From the NCBI GenBank assembly GCA_011391695.1, contig JAABQB010000008.1:2719-66718 (forward strand): 64,000 nt of DNA, read 5' to 3'. A program made the translations under genes and the position numbers. The notes beneath the pieces were generated by a model. It was not told the DNA's origin. It worked only from the letters and a program-made list of their open reading frames with translations, and did not search any database. Position 1 is the stretch's first letter, and each line of letters begins with the position of its first letter. This DNA is from Desulfobacteraceae bacterium. Its GTDB lineage: Bacteria; Desulfobacterota; Desulfobacteria; Desulfobacterales; RPRI01. Positions 18,970-29,157 of this stretch are shown here, piece after piece.

Positions 18970-21557
18970 GTTACGATGTTTACAAGCTTTTTCTTTACAA
19001 CGATAACCTTTTTAACTTGCTTGTTATTTATAAATTTCTTTACATTATCGTCCGACAAAGCTCTTTCTTTTATTGTATCATCTCCGGAATCCGGACTCAC
19101 GCTGAATTTACTTCTCAGTTTTCCGTTAACCTGAACCACTATGAGAATATCATCTTTGATAAGGGCATCCTTTCTGTAAACAGGCCAGGATGCAAGGAGA
19201 ACACTTGATTCATGTCCCAGAGCTTCCCAGATCTCCTCGCTGAAATGAGGAGCAATCGGTGACAATAGAAGTGCTATTGATTCTATTGCGAATCGGATTA
19301 CCCCTGCTTCCTCCTTGACATCTTTTTTTAACTCAATCCCGTATATCATATTTACAAGCTCCATTACAGCGCTTATGGCCGTATTGAAATGGAACCTCTC
19401 TTCTATGTCATTTGTAACTCTGCGTATAGTGTGATGCGTCTTCTTGTACAATTCCCGCAAATCACCCTTAAGCTGTCTCGGTTCACCGACAAATGATCCT
19501 GCATCTCCTATTACATCCATGTACGTTCTTACAAGTCTCCATACACGTGCAAGGAACCGGTATCCTCCCTCAACACCCTGCTCATTCCATTCGAGGTCTC
19601 TTTCAGGAGGAGCTGCAAAAAGGCAAAAGAGCCTTGTGGTATCAGCGCCATATTTATCAAGCAGGTAATTGGGATCTATGACATTCCTTTTTGACTTGGA
19701 CATTTTTTCAACCCGCCCGATCAAAACTTCCCTGCCGCATTTTTTGCATGTACGGTTATCTGATTCCCCTTCAGCCTCCTCTGGAAATAAGTATCCGTGC
19801 TCAGGACAAGAAACGGTCTCCTTGCACACCATGCCCTGGGTTAAAAGCCTTGTGAAAGGTTCTTTGTATTCAACAAGCCCGAGATCTTTTAAAACACGGG
19901 TGAAATACCTTGAATAGAGAAGATGTAAAATAGCATGTTCGACTCCTCCTATGTACTGGTCTACAGGCATCCAGTAATCAACGGCTTTCTTGTCAAAAAG
20001 CCCGTCTCCGAATTTTGGACTGCAGTAACGTTCAAAATACCATGAAGATTCGACGAAGGTGTCCATGGTATCAGTTTCCCTTCTGGCATCTTCCCTTCCG
20101 CATCCGGGACATTTTGTCTTTGTGAAGTAGTCAAGCAATGGGAGGGGCGACTGTCCGCCTTCAAGCAGTGCCGAATCTTCGGGAAGCAATATCGGAAGAT
20201 CCTTTTCATTAACGGGAACAATTCCGCAGCGTTCGCAATGAACTACAGGTATCGGCGCTCCCCAGTAGCGCTGCCTTGATATACCCCAGTCTCTTAACCT
20301 GAAGCTTACAGTTTTTTTCCCAATACCTTTTTCTTCAAGAAAGGCCGCAATATCATCAAGAGCTCTTCTGTTGCTGATGCCGTTAAACTGCCCTGAATTA
20401 GTCATGATTCCATCACCGGCATATGCTTCGGTCATGGTAGCCGGATCAAGGTCGCTGTCATCAGGCTTGACAACAACAACAATCTCCATGCCATATTTCT
20501 TAGCAAAATCGAAATCCCGCTGGTCGTGCGCAGGTACAGACATGACAGCGCCGGTGCCATATTCCATTAGAGCGAAGTTGGCTGTATATATAGGCATGCG
20601 TCTGCCATTCACCGGATTAATACACCAGGCCCCCGTGAAGACGCCCTCCTTTTCATAATTTTCAATCGCCCTGTTCGATCTTTCCTGCAGCGATATTCTT
20701 TCAACAAATTCCAGGACATTCTTCTCCTCGCCGGTTCCCCTTGAGAGCCTGGTTACCAGGGGATGCTCCGGAGCAAGGCACATGAAAGTTGCCCCGAAAA
20801 CAGTGTCCTGCCTTGTTGTGAAAACAGGAATATTCTCATCCATGTTTTCAACGGGAAAACTGATTTGTGCCCCTACGCTTTTTCCTATCCAGTTTTTTTG
20901 CATTGTTGTGACCTTTTCCGGCCATCCCGGAAGCATATCACAGTGTGCAAGAAGATCCTGGGCATAATCTGTTATTTTAAAAAACCATTGCCAGAGTTTT
21001 TTCTGCCGGACCGGCTTCCCGCATCTCCAGCACATGCCGGCTTCAACCTGCTCATTGGCAAGAACCGTTTGGCAGGAATCGCACCAGTTGACAAAGGACT
21101 CCTTTCTGTAAGCATTACCTCTTTCAAGCATTTTTAAGAAAAGCCACTGTTCCCAGCGGTAATATTCCGGTCTGCAGGTTGCAATCTCTCTGTCCCAGTC
21201 ATAGGAAAAACCCATTCGCTTCAGCTGCATGCGCATGTAATCGATATTTTGATATGTCCAGATTGCAGGATGAGTCTTGTTCGATATCGCAGCATTTTCA
21301 GCAGGCATTCCGAACGCATCCCATCCCATCGGATGGAGCACATTGAATCCCTGCATTCTCTTATATCGTGCAACAACATCACCTATTGTATAATTTCTCA
21401 CATGCCCCATGTGAATTTTTCCGGAGGGATAAGGAAACATCTCAAGAAGATAATACTTTTTTTTATCAGATTCCTCGGAGACTTTAAAGAGACCTGATTT
21501 ATCCCAGCGGGATTGCCACTTTGCTTCTAAAACCTTCGGATCGTACTTGTCTTCCAT
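18966..21557 (-). CDS. leuS: Leucyl-tRNA synthetase
   Basis: [13 protein letters not shown] (HIGH), [15 protein letters not shown]. Confidence 0.98.
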   Translation of the reverse strand: MEDKYDPKVLEAKWQSRWDKSGLFKVSEESDKKKYYLLEMFPYPSGKIHMGHVRNYTIGDVVARYKRMQGFNVLHPMGWDAFGMPAENAAISNKTHPAIWTYQNIDYMRMQLKRMGFSYDWDREIATCRPEYYRWEQWLFLKMLERGNAYRKESFVNWCDSCQTVLANEQVEAGMCWRCGKPVRQKKLWQWFFKITDYAQDLLAHCDMLPGWPEKVTTMQKNWIGKSVGAQISFPVENMDENIPVFTTRQDTVFGATFMCLAPEHPLVTRLSRGTGEEKNVLEFVERISLQERSNRAIENYEKEGVFTGAWCINPVNGRRMPIYTANFALMEYGTGAVMSVPAHDQRDFDFAKKYGMEIVVVVKPDDSDLDPATMTEAYAGDGIMTNSGQFNGISNRRALDDIAAFLEEKGIGKKTVSFRLRDWGISRQRYWGAPIPVVHCERCGIVPVNEKDLPILLPEDSALLEGGQSPLPLLDYFTKTKCPGCGREDARRETDTMDTFVESSWYFERYCSPKFGDGLFDKKAVDYWMPVDQYIGGVEHAILHLLYSRYFTRVLKDLGLVEYKEPFTRLLTQGMVCKETVSCPEHGYLFPEEAEGESDNRTCKKCGREVLIGRVEKMSKSKRNVIDPNYLLDKYGADTTRLFCLFAAPPERDLEWNEQGVEGGYRFLARVWRLVRTYMDVIGDAGSFVGEPRQLKGDLRELYKKTHHTIRRVTNDIEERFHFNTAISAVMELVNMIYGIELKKDVKEEAGVIRFAIESIALLLSPIAPHFSEEIWEALGHESSVLLASWPVYRKDALIKDDILIVVQVNGKLRSKFSVSPDSGDDTIKERALSDDNVKKFINNKQVKKVIVVKKKLVNIVT

Positions 21558-21871
21558 TATTAATTCCGGCCCCTTTATAACTTTTAGCCAAATTCAGATG
21601 GCTTTATATTTTTAAATAATGTATTAATAAACCCGACCGTTAAAACAGTGCCTTCTAATGCCATAATATAATATAAATAGCAAGGACGGGTGAATTTTTT
21701 TCAGATTGCATTTTGGGATCATCTCCAACCAATCAGGAGAAGAATCCAAATAATTTATTTGACTTACAGCCGGCAATTACATATTCAGATAAAAAAATAA
21801 GTTCCAATCACGCATAAATAAATGATTGAAATTAGATAGATAGAACAAATCTATAACCAAGGAAAAGATAC

Positions 21872-23338
21872 ATGAGCAGCAAGATATTGATTAATGCGCT
21901 TGACCCCGCAGAATGCAGAATAGCAAAGGTTAAAGACAGCAAACTCGAAGAATTTCATATTGAAAGTGCGGCAAGAGAGATCACTCACAGCAACATTTAC
22001 AAGGGAATTATTGTCCGCATAGAACCCAGCCTGCAGGCTATTTTTGTCGATTACGGAGTCGAACGCCACGGCTTTTTACAAAAACATGAAATACACAGCG
22101 ATTATTTTCAGGACAGCGATTCGGGAAACCGTTCAATTACAGGCATAGTCAAACAGGGTCAGGAACTTCTGGTGCAGATAACAAAAGACCCTTTTATGAA
22201 AAAAGGGGCGATGCTTACCACATACATTTCCCTGCCGGGAAGGTTCATTGTCCTTATGCCGGGAAGCGAAGGACTTGGTGTGTCCCGTAAAATCGAAGAC
22301 GAAGAGGAACGTAAAAGGCTGAAAGAAATAATAAGCACAATAAAAATCCCCGAAGAATTCGGCATTATTGTCAGAACAGCGGGCATAGGTTGCACAAAAG
22401 CGCAGATATCCGGAGATCTTGCTTATCTTTTAAGGCTCTGGAAGAATATAAAGGGAAACGTAATGAAGGTTAAATCCCCTGCCCTGTTATATAAGGAAAG
22501 AAACCTAGTGGTCCGGTCAATACGGGATTATTTCACTCCGGATGTGAATGAAATCCTGATTGATGATCCGGCCGTTCATCGCGAAGCCAAAGATTTTATA
22601 AAAATAATATCCCCGAAACATTCAATGATTGTAAAGCTATATAAGGAAGATAAACCGATATTCACAAAGTTTCAGCTCGAAAGCCAGATTGACTCCATTT
22701 TTGAGAGCAAAGTCAAACTCAAATCGGGAGGTTCCATTGTTATCGAGCAGACGGAAGCCCTTGTATCCATAGATGTCAATTCAGGTAAGGCAACCCAGGC
22801 AAAATCGGTTGAACAGACGGCCCTTGTTTCAAACCTTGAAGCTGCTGAAGAGATAGCGCGTCAGCTCCGTTTGAGGGACTTGGGTGGCCTGATAGTTATT
22901 GACTTTATAGATATGAGAGATTCAAAACATAATCTTGAAGTCGAAAAAAATCTGAAAACTTTTGTTAAAGACGATAAGGCCAGGATCAAGTTCGGAAAGA
23001 TTTCACGGTTCGGAATAATGGAGATGTCAAGGCAAAGGATAAGACCGTCGATCGAATTTGGAAGCTTTGAACCGTGCAAACATTGCCGTGGAAAAGGAGT
23101 TACACCATCTCCTGAAACCCAGGGGCTCAGCTTTTTGCGCAAACTCAATCTTGAAATATTAAAGGATGAAATAGCCGGCGTAAAAGGAACCGTTCCGTCC
23201 AATGTCGCAGATTATCTGTTAAATAAAAAACGCAAAGAAATACTTGATCTCGAAACCAGACGCAACTTGAACATACGCATCGAGGGAAGCGATACCATGT
23301 TCCCTGGCGATTTTGAAATCATCAGTGAAAAGACGTAA
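21872..23338 (+). CDS. Rne/Rng family endoribonuclease (catalytic domain, no long C-terminal scaffold)
   Basis: S1 domain, SIDVNSG, DLGGLIVIDFIDM, Zn-link CKHC. Confidence 0.93.
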   Translation: MSSKILINALDPAECRIAKVKDSKLEEFHIESAAREITHSNIYKGIIVRIEPSLQAIFVDYGVERHGFLQKHEIHSDYFQDSDSGNRSITGIVKQGQELLVQITKDPFMKKGAMLTTYISLPGRFIVLMPGSEGLGVSRKIEDEEERKRLKEIISTIKIPEEFGIIVRTAGIGCTKAQISGDLAYLLRLWKNIKGNVMKVKSPALLYKERNLVVRSIRDYFTPDVNEILIDDPAVHREAKDFIKIISPKHSMIVKLYKEDKPIFTKFQLESQIDSIFESKVKLKSGGSIVIEQTEALVSIDVNSGKATQAKSVEQTALVSNLEAAEEIARQLRLRDLGGLIVIDFIDMRDSKHNLEVEKNLKTFVKDDKARIKFGKISRFGIMEMSRQRIRPSIEFGSFEPCKHCRGKGVTPSPETQGLSFLRKLNLEILKDEIAGVKGTVPSNVADYLLNKKRKEILDLETRRNLNIRIEGSDTMFPGDFEIISEKT

Positions 23339-23340
23339 TG

Positions 23341-23369
23341 TTGACACCCTCTTTTGATTCCTGTATCAA
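23341..23369 (+). promoter_or_regulatory. sigma70 promoter of purB-yajC-secDF
   Basis: TTGACA-17-TATCAA with TG extension. Confidence 0.6.
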
Positions 23370-23388
23370 AGGCGCAAAAGAAAATATA

Positions 23389-23496
23389 AGGGTTCAGGGA
23401 TTCAAGGTGTCAAGGGTTCCAGTGAAAAGGACAGATAGCTGGAACTTCTGAATGCATACGTTTGAACCCCTGAATCCTCGAATCCTTGACCCCTTA
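23389..23496. repeat. 8-mer-unit inverted repeat element (family 1, copy a)
   Basis: Four AGGGTTCA-like units, then AGTGAAA, a spacer and four TTGAACCC-like units. Confidence 0.8.
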
Positions 23497-23517
23497 TTTA
23501 AATTACAGGTTGAAAAT

Positions 23518-24819
23518 ATGATAAAAAGATACACAAGAAAAGTTATGGGTGACATCTGGACCGATGAAAACAGGTATAAAACCTGGCTGAAGGTTGAAAT
23601 ACTCGCCTGCGAAGCTATGGCTGAAGGCGGAAGAATTCCGAAGACCGCTGTTGGCACGATTAAAAAAAAGGCTGACTTCAATACCGACAGAATCAACGAA
23701 ATCGAGGAAATTACAAAGCACGATATTATAGCTTTCCTGACAAATGTTGCGGAATATGTCGGTCATGACTCAAGATACATACATCTGGGGTTAACTTCAT
23801 CAGACATTCTCGATACGAGCATGGCCTGCCTTCTTAAAGAAGCCGGTCGAATAATTCTTTCCGGCTGCGATAATCTCATGGAGGCAATCAGGGAAAAGGC
23901 ATTTAAATATAAAGACACATTGATGATTGGCCGTTCCCATGGAATCCATGCTGAGCCAATCACTTTCGGCCTCAAACTGGCCGTCTGGTATGATGAAATG
24001 AGGAGGAATAAAAAACGGTTTAAAAGCGCTGTTAAAACCGTAAGCTACGGGAAAATATCAGGCTCTGTCGGCACCTTTGCAAACATCTCTCCGCAGGTCG
24101 AGGAATATGTGTGCAGGGGTCTTGGTTTAAAACCGGCTCCGGCCTCTACCCAGATCATACAAAGAGACCGGTATGCGGAATATTTCACGAGCCTTGCCAT
24201 AATGGCATCTTCCATTGAAAAGATGGCTCTTGAAATCAGGCACCTTCAAAGAACAGAAGTTCTTGAGGCCGAAGAATACTTTTCAAAAGGGCAGAAAGGC
24301 TCCTCGTCGATGCCCCATAAGAGAAACCCGGTGGGCTCGGAAAACATGTGCGGCCTGGCAAGAGTCATAAGGTCAAATGCCATGGCAGCCCTTGAAAACA
24401 TACCCTTGTGGCATGAGAGGGATATAAGCCATTCGTCTGTTGAAAGAATCATAGCACCGGACAGCACCATACTGATGGATTATATGCTCAACAGGTTTGC
24501 CGGCATAATCAAAAATCTTGTCGTTTACCCTGAAAGAATGGCTGATAATCTCAACAAGCTTAAGGGGCTTATCTTTTCCCAGCAGCTTCTTCTTGCTCTT
24601 GCCGAATCCGGCATATCCCGTGAAGATGCATATCAGATGGTACAGACGCATGCCATGAAAGTATGGAATGGGAAAAAGAATTTTAAAGCCCTTATTGCCG
24701 GAGACAAAAAAATATGCGGTCTGCTCGGAAAGGAAAAAATTGAAGAAATATTTGACGTAACATATCATTTAAAGTATATCAGCGCCATTTTTGAACGTGT
24801 TTTCGGCAGCAGGGGTTAA
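23518..24819 (+). CDS. purB: Adenylosuccinate lyase
   Basis: GSSSMPHKRNP signature and RSHGIHAEP. The ORF-track extension to 23452 runs through the repeat. Confidence 0.97.
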   Translation: MIKRYTRKVMGDIWTDENRYKTWLKVEILACEAMAEGGRIPKTAVGTIKKKADFNTDRINEIEEITKHDIIAFLTNVAEYVGHDSRYIHLGLTSSDILDTSMACLLKEAGRIILSGCDNLMEAIREKAFKYKDTLMIGRSHGIHAEPITFGLKLAVWYDEMRRNKKRFKSAVKTVSYGKISGSVGTFANISPQVEEYVCRGLGLKPAPASTQIIQRDRYAEYFTSLAIMASSIEKMALEIRHLQRTEVLEAEEYFSKGQKGSSSMPHKRNPVGSENMCGLARVIRSNAMAALENIPLWHERDISHSSVERIIAPDSTILMDYMLNRFAGIIKNLVVYPERMADNLNKLKGLIFSQQLLLALAESGISREDAYQMVQTHAMKVWNGKKNFKALIAGDKKICGLLGKEKIEEIFDVTYHLKYISAIFERVFGSRG

Positions 24820-24881
24820 TTTTTTTATCATTAATATTTTATAACTTTATTATATCCATATAAGGATAAGGAGGTCTTATT

Positions 24882-25250
24882 TTGACAAGTTTAGCATACG
24901 CAATGGGCACGGGTGGAGCGGCTTCTGGGCAGGGCGCCGGCGGTCTTACGGCATTCATTCCGCTGATTCTCATGTTCGTAATTTTCTATTTCCTGCTTAT
25001 CAGGCCGCAGCAGAAAAAGGCCAAGGAACACCGCGAAATGATCGCGAGCCTTAAAAAGGGAGACAGAATTATCACAAGTGGCGGTATTTACGGCACAATA
25101 ACTGGCGTGGAAGATAATACCATAACCGTGGAAATCGCCGAAAAAGTACGTGTCAAGGTAAGCCGTGGAAATGTAGCAGGTCTTGCCCAGGCATCACAAC
25201 CGGTTCAACCCGCAAAAGGCAAGGAAGCTGAAAAAGACAAAACAGGTTGA
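24882..25250 (+). CDS. yajC: Preprotein translocase subunit YajC
   Basis: FYFLLIRPQQKK, LKKGDRIITSGGIYG. Confidence 0.95.
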   Translation: MTSLAYAMGTGGAASGQGAGGLTAFIPLILMFVIFYFLLIRPQQKKAKEHREMIASLKKGDRIITSGGIYGTITGVEDNTITVEIAEKVRVKVSRGNVAGLAQASQPVQPAKGKEAEKDKTG

Positions 25251-25314
25251 TAATTTAGTAATTTAATAAGTCATAAACAGGCTGTTTGAAGTCTTAAATG
25301 AAAGGAACGGATCA

Positions 25315-26892
25315 TTGAAGATTTTTTCATGGAAATCGATTTTGTCTGTTGCGGTAATAATCGCCTCGGTTATTTATATCCTTCCCACAATAAAACCAGG
25401 TCTATGGCCGCATAAGAAAATAAATCTTGGTCTTGATTTACAGGGAGGAATGCATCTTGTTCTTGAAGTTGAAACTGACAAAGCTGTTGAGAGCACGATC
25501 GAGCGTATATCAAATGACCTTAAGGGATTACTAAGAAGCGAGCATATAATCTTTACCGGTATCGAACGGATAGAAGGAACAAAAATATCGGTAGTACTGC
25601 AGGGTCAGGAGAATATTGATGGGTTTGAAAAGATTCTCGACAAGGAGTTCAGGGATCTGAGGATTCTTTCACGTACCAAGGATAATGATCTTCTTACGAT
25701 AAAAATGGATCTACCAGAAGCAGAGACCGATAACATAAAGAAACTGGCTACAGCCCAGGCGCTTGAAACCATCAGAAACCGCATAGACCAGTTCGGCGTC
25801 AGTGAACCTGATATCCGTATCCAGGGCGAAAAAAGGATTCTCATCCAACTCCCGGGAATTACAGATACCCAGAGAGCAAAGGAGCTGATAGGCAAAACCG
25901 CCCTTCTCGAATTCAAGCTCCTTGATGAATCCCGTGATGCTGAAACAGCTGTTTCTGAAGGCGCTCCTCCGGGCTCTGAAATCCTTTACGAGATAAGAGA
26001 AGACGCCCAAACCAAGCGCGTAATAAAAAGGCCTTACCTTGTAAAAAAAGGAGCGCTCCTAACCGGCTCATATCTTACGAATGCATCCGTCCAGATAGAT
26101 TCACAATATAACGAACCCTATGTTTCCATAGATTTCGACAAAAAAGGAGCGAGGATATTTGAAAACATAACTGAAGAAAACGTTAAGAAACGCCTTGCAA
26201 TAGTTTTGGACAACAAGGTTTATTCCGCCCCGGTAATACAGGAAAAAATTTCGGGAGGCCACGCCCGGATCACCGGAAGTTTTACAACTGAAGAGGCGCG
26301 CGACCTTGCCATAGTTCTTCGCGCCGGGGCTCTTCCCGCACCGGTTGTAATTCTCGAAGAAAGGACGGTGGGCCCGTCACTGGGAACCGACTCCATTAAC
26401 AAGGGGCTCTTTTCCATGTGGATCGGAGGTCTGCTTGTTATGATTTTCATGGCTGTTTATTACAAATGGTCTGGTGTTGTTGCGGATATCGCCCTCATGT
26501 TCAACATCGTAATACTTGCTGCAGCTCTTGCTGCTTTCCAGGCAACCCTGACCCTTCCGGGTATTGCAGGAATAATTCTTACCATAGGCATGGCTGTTGA
26601 TTCCAATGTTTTGATATATGAAAGAATAAGGGAAGAATCGGCCGTAGGAAAAACGCCCCGGGCGGCGCTCGATGCCGGTTTTGAAAGGGCGACCCTGACG
26701 ATCCTTGACTCGAACATTACAACTCTTATAGCAGGTCTAGTCCTTTTCCAGTTCGGAACCGGACCTGTCAAGGGGTTTGCCGTAACCCTCAGCATCGGAA
26801 TTTTATCAAGTGTTTTTACCTCGCTCATAATGACACGTGTAATATTCGACTATTTTCTGCTAAGCAGAAAGGTAAAACGAATCAGCGTATAA
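25315..26892 (+). CDS. secD: Protein translocase subunit SecD
   Basis: LGLDLQGG, RNRIDQFGVSEP, LRAGALPAP, GMAVDSNVLIYERIREE. Confidence 0.97.
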   Translation: MKIFSWKSILSVAVIIASVIYILPTIKPGLWPHKKINLGLDLQGGMHLVLEVETDKAVESTIERISNDLKGLLRSEHIIFTGIERIEGTKISVVLQGQENIDGFEKILDKEFRDLRILSRTKDNDLLTIKMDLPEAETDNIKKLATAQALETIRNRIDQFGVSEPDIRIQGEKRILIQLPGITDTQRAKELIGKTALLEFKLLDESRDAETAVSEGAPPGSEILYEIREDAQTKRVIKRPYLVKKGALLTGSYLTNASVQIDSQYNEPYVSIDFDKKGARIFENITEENVKKRLAIVLDNKVYSAPVIQEKISGGHARITGSFTTEEARDLAIVLRAGALPAPVVILEERTVGPSLGTDSINKGLFSMWIGGLLVMIFMAVYYKWSGVVADIALMFNIVILAAALAAFQATLTLPGIAGIILTIGMAVDSNVLIYERIREESAVGKTPRAALDAGFERATLTILDSNITTLIAGLVLFQFGTGPVKGFAVTLSIGILSSVFTSLIMTRVIFDYFLLSRKVKRISV

Positions 26893-26955
26893 ACAGCAGA
26901 AATAACTGTATTTACGGCTTTTACAACAATATAATTTTCTTGAGGCAACCGTTAA

Positions 26956-27996
26956 ATGGAAATAATAAAAAAAGGGATTAATATAGACTTTATAGGCAAA
27001 AGACGCATCGCCTATACTCTATCATCATTGGTGATACTCATCGGCATTCTTTCTCTTGTTTACCACGGAGGGCCCAAGTACGGAATCGATTTTGCCGGAG
27101 GAACCCTTATCCAGATCAAATTCAGTTCTCCTGTTGGAATCGACACTATCAAATCGGGACTTTCGGCTGCAAATCTTTCCAATTCATCGCTCCAGATGTT
27201 TGGAGACGAAAAAGAGAATGAATTCCTGGTAAGGACCAACACACCCGTCATGGCAAACAAGGAATTCTCCCGGTCACTTGTTGAAGCTTTAAAAACAACA
27301 ACCGGGAACGTTGCGGAAATACGACGCATTGAAATGGTGGGACCGCAGGTCGGAAAAGACCTGCAGCAGAAAGCTCTTTTTGCAATATTTTACTCACTTG
27401 TATTCATAGCGGTTTATATCTCGGGCCGCTTCGAATTCAAATGGGTGCTCAGCATTATAATCGGGGCCTCGCTTTTCGGCGCAGTATATTTCTTTTCCCT
27501 TTTTAACTTAAACATGGGAATACTTATAGCCACAGCTCTTCTGGTCACATTTATTATATTCTGGCTGCTTAATTTGAAGTATGCCATGGCTGCTATAGTT
27601 GCGCTTGTTCATGATGTCATGATTACAGTCGGAATGTTTTCGATATTGGACAAGGAATTCAACCTGCCGATTATAGCCGCCATACTGACCATTATCGGGT
27701 ACTCGCTCAATGATACGATAGTTGTCTTTGACCGTATTCGTGAAAATATTAAAAAATACACCAAAACCCCTTTTATTGAGATAATAAACAGAAGCGTGAA
27801 TGAAACCTTAAGCCGGACAATCCTTACATCGGGAACGGTTTTTCTCGTTGTCATAGCCCTTTTTATCCTTGGCGGAGAAATTATTCATGATTTCGCATTT
27901 GCCATGCTCATCGGGGTGATTACCGGAACCTATTCTACCATATATGTTGCAAACCCTATTCTTATTGCATGGCAGGGTAAAAATAAAAAAAGATGA
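26956..27996 (+). CDS. secF: Protein translocase subunit SecF
   Basis: GIDFAGG, VGPQVG, GYSLNDTIVVFDRIRE, TLSRT. Confidence 0.97.
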   Translation: MEIIKKGINIDFIGKRRIAYTLSSLVILIGILSLVYHGGPKYGIDFAGGTLIQIKFSSPVGIDTIKSGLSAANLSNSSLQMFGDEKENEFLVRTNTPVMANKEFSRSLVEALKTTTGNVAEIRRIEMVGPQVGKDLQQKALFAIFYSLVFIAVYISGRFEFKWVLSIIIGASLFGAVYFFSLFNLNMGILIATALLVTFIIFWLLNLKYAMAAIVALVHDVMITVGMFSILDKEFNLPIIAAILTIIGYSLNDTIVVFDRIRENIKKYTKTPFIEIINRSVNETLSRTILTSGTVFLVVIALFILGGEIIHDFAFAMLIGVITGTYSTIYVANPILIAWQGKNKKR

Positions 27997-28031
27997 CGAT
28001 ATATTAATAATGCTTGCTGCAGCACCTTATT

Positions 28032-29132
28032 ATGGAAAATATTCTGCCATGGTTTACCTTGAAAAGTGTCCCCGGTGTCGGTAATCATCTTTATAAGAGG
28101 ATAATCAATAGATTCAAATCACCGGCGGCCGCATTAGGAGCATCCCGCGATGAGCTTATGCAGATAGAGGGTGTTTCGGACAGGCTCGCAAGCGCCATTA
28201 TAAAACACAGGACGCCCGAACATGTAATAAAAGAGATAGATCTTATATCTGAAAAAGGCTTCAGGATTGTGACCATGGCAGCCCCGGATTATCCTCCCCT
28301 CCTCCTGGAAATACCCGATCCGCCTCCCTTTTTATATGTTTCCGGAATTCTCGACAGATCTTCAAATAATATAGCTGTTGTCGGATCACGGAATGCAACG
28401 GATTACGGCGTTTCAATGACAAAAACATTATGCGCCGATCTCGCTTTTTATAACATAACGGTTGTAAGCGGAATGGCAAGAGGAATAGACACAGCCGCTC
28501 ACGAAGGAGCTTTGGATGGAAAAGGAAAAACAATAGCGGTTCTTGGAAGCGGTCTTGAAAGGATTTATCCGGCTCAGAACAAAAAGCTCTTTAAAATGAT
28601 ATCGGAAAACGGCGCTGTAATATCTGAGTTTTCTCTCATGGCCGAACCCGACGCATTCAACTTCCCTGCAAGAAACAGGATAATAAGCGGTATTTCATTA
28701 GGAACTGTTGTAGTGGAAGCTACAAAACAGAGCGGATCACTGATTACCGCCCGGCTTGCGGCGGAACAGAACAGGGAGGTTTTTGCCGTGCCAGGGAGTA
28801 TCCGGTCGTTTAAAAGCACCGGCACTCATACATTGATAAAGCAGGGAGCAAAACTGGTTGAGAACGCGAAGGATATAGTTGATGAACTTTTATTTTCTAT
28901 CAGGCCAAAAGAGGATATAAACGAACAGGGAGAAAAATGCCTGCATAGAAACCTTTTCTTGTCGGAAGAGGACTCGCTGGTTCTAAAAGCCCTCGGACCC
29001 TATCCTGTTCACATAGATGATCTTATAAGAAAAATTAAAATGGAGCCCGGCAAGATCATGAGCATACTGTTAAAGCTTGAACTGCAGGATTTAATAAAAC
29101 AATCACCTGGAAAATTATTTAATTTGACTTGA
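28032..29132 (+). CDS. dprA: DNA-processing protein DprA
   Basis: VVGSR, VSGMARGIDTAAH, FPARNRIISG, SGSLITA. Start uncertain (TTG 28014 possible). Confidence 0.95.
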   Translation: MENILPWFTLKSVPGVGNHLYKRIINRFKSPAAALGASRDELMQIEGVSDRLASAIIKHRTPEHVIKEIDLISEKGFRIVTMAAPDYPPLLLEIPDPPPFLYVSGILDRSSNNIAVVGSRNATDYGVSMTKTLCADLAFYNITVVSGMARGIDTAAHEGALDGKGKTIAVLGSGLERIYPAQNKKLFKMISENGAVISEFSLMAEPDAFNFPARNRIISGISLGTVVVEATKQSGSLITARLAAEQNREVFAVPGSIRSFKSTGTHTLIKQGAKLVENAKDIVDELLFSIRPKEDINEQGEKCLHRNLFLSEEDSLVLKALGPYPVHIDDLIRKIKMEPGKIMSILLKLELQDLIKQSPGKLFNLT

Positions 29133-29157
29133 AGAATAAATAGAGAGGAAAAATTTC

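Noticed and set aside
23452-23517. 22-aa N-terminal extension of PurB in the ORF track
   Set aside because: It is a translation of the repeat right arm (EPLNPRILDP). ATG 23518 gives a normal PurB start.
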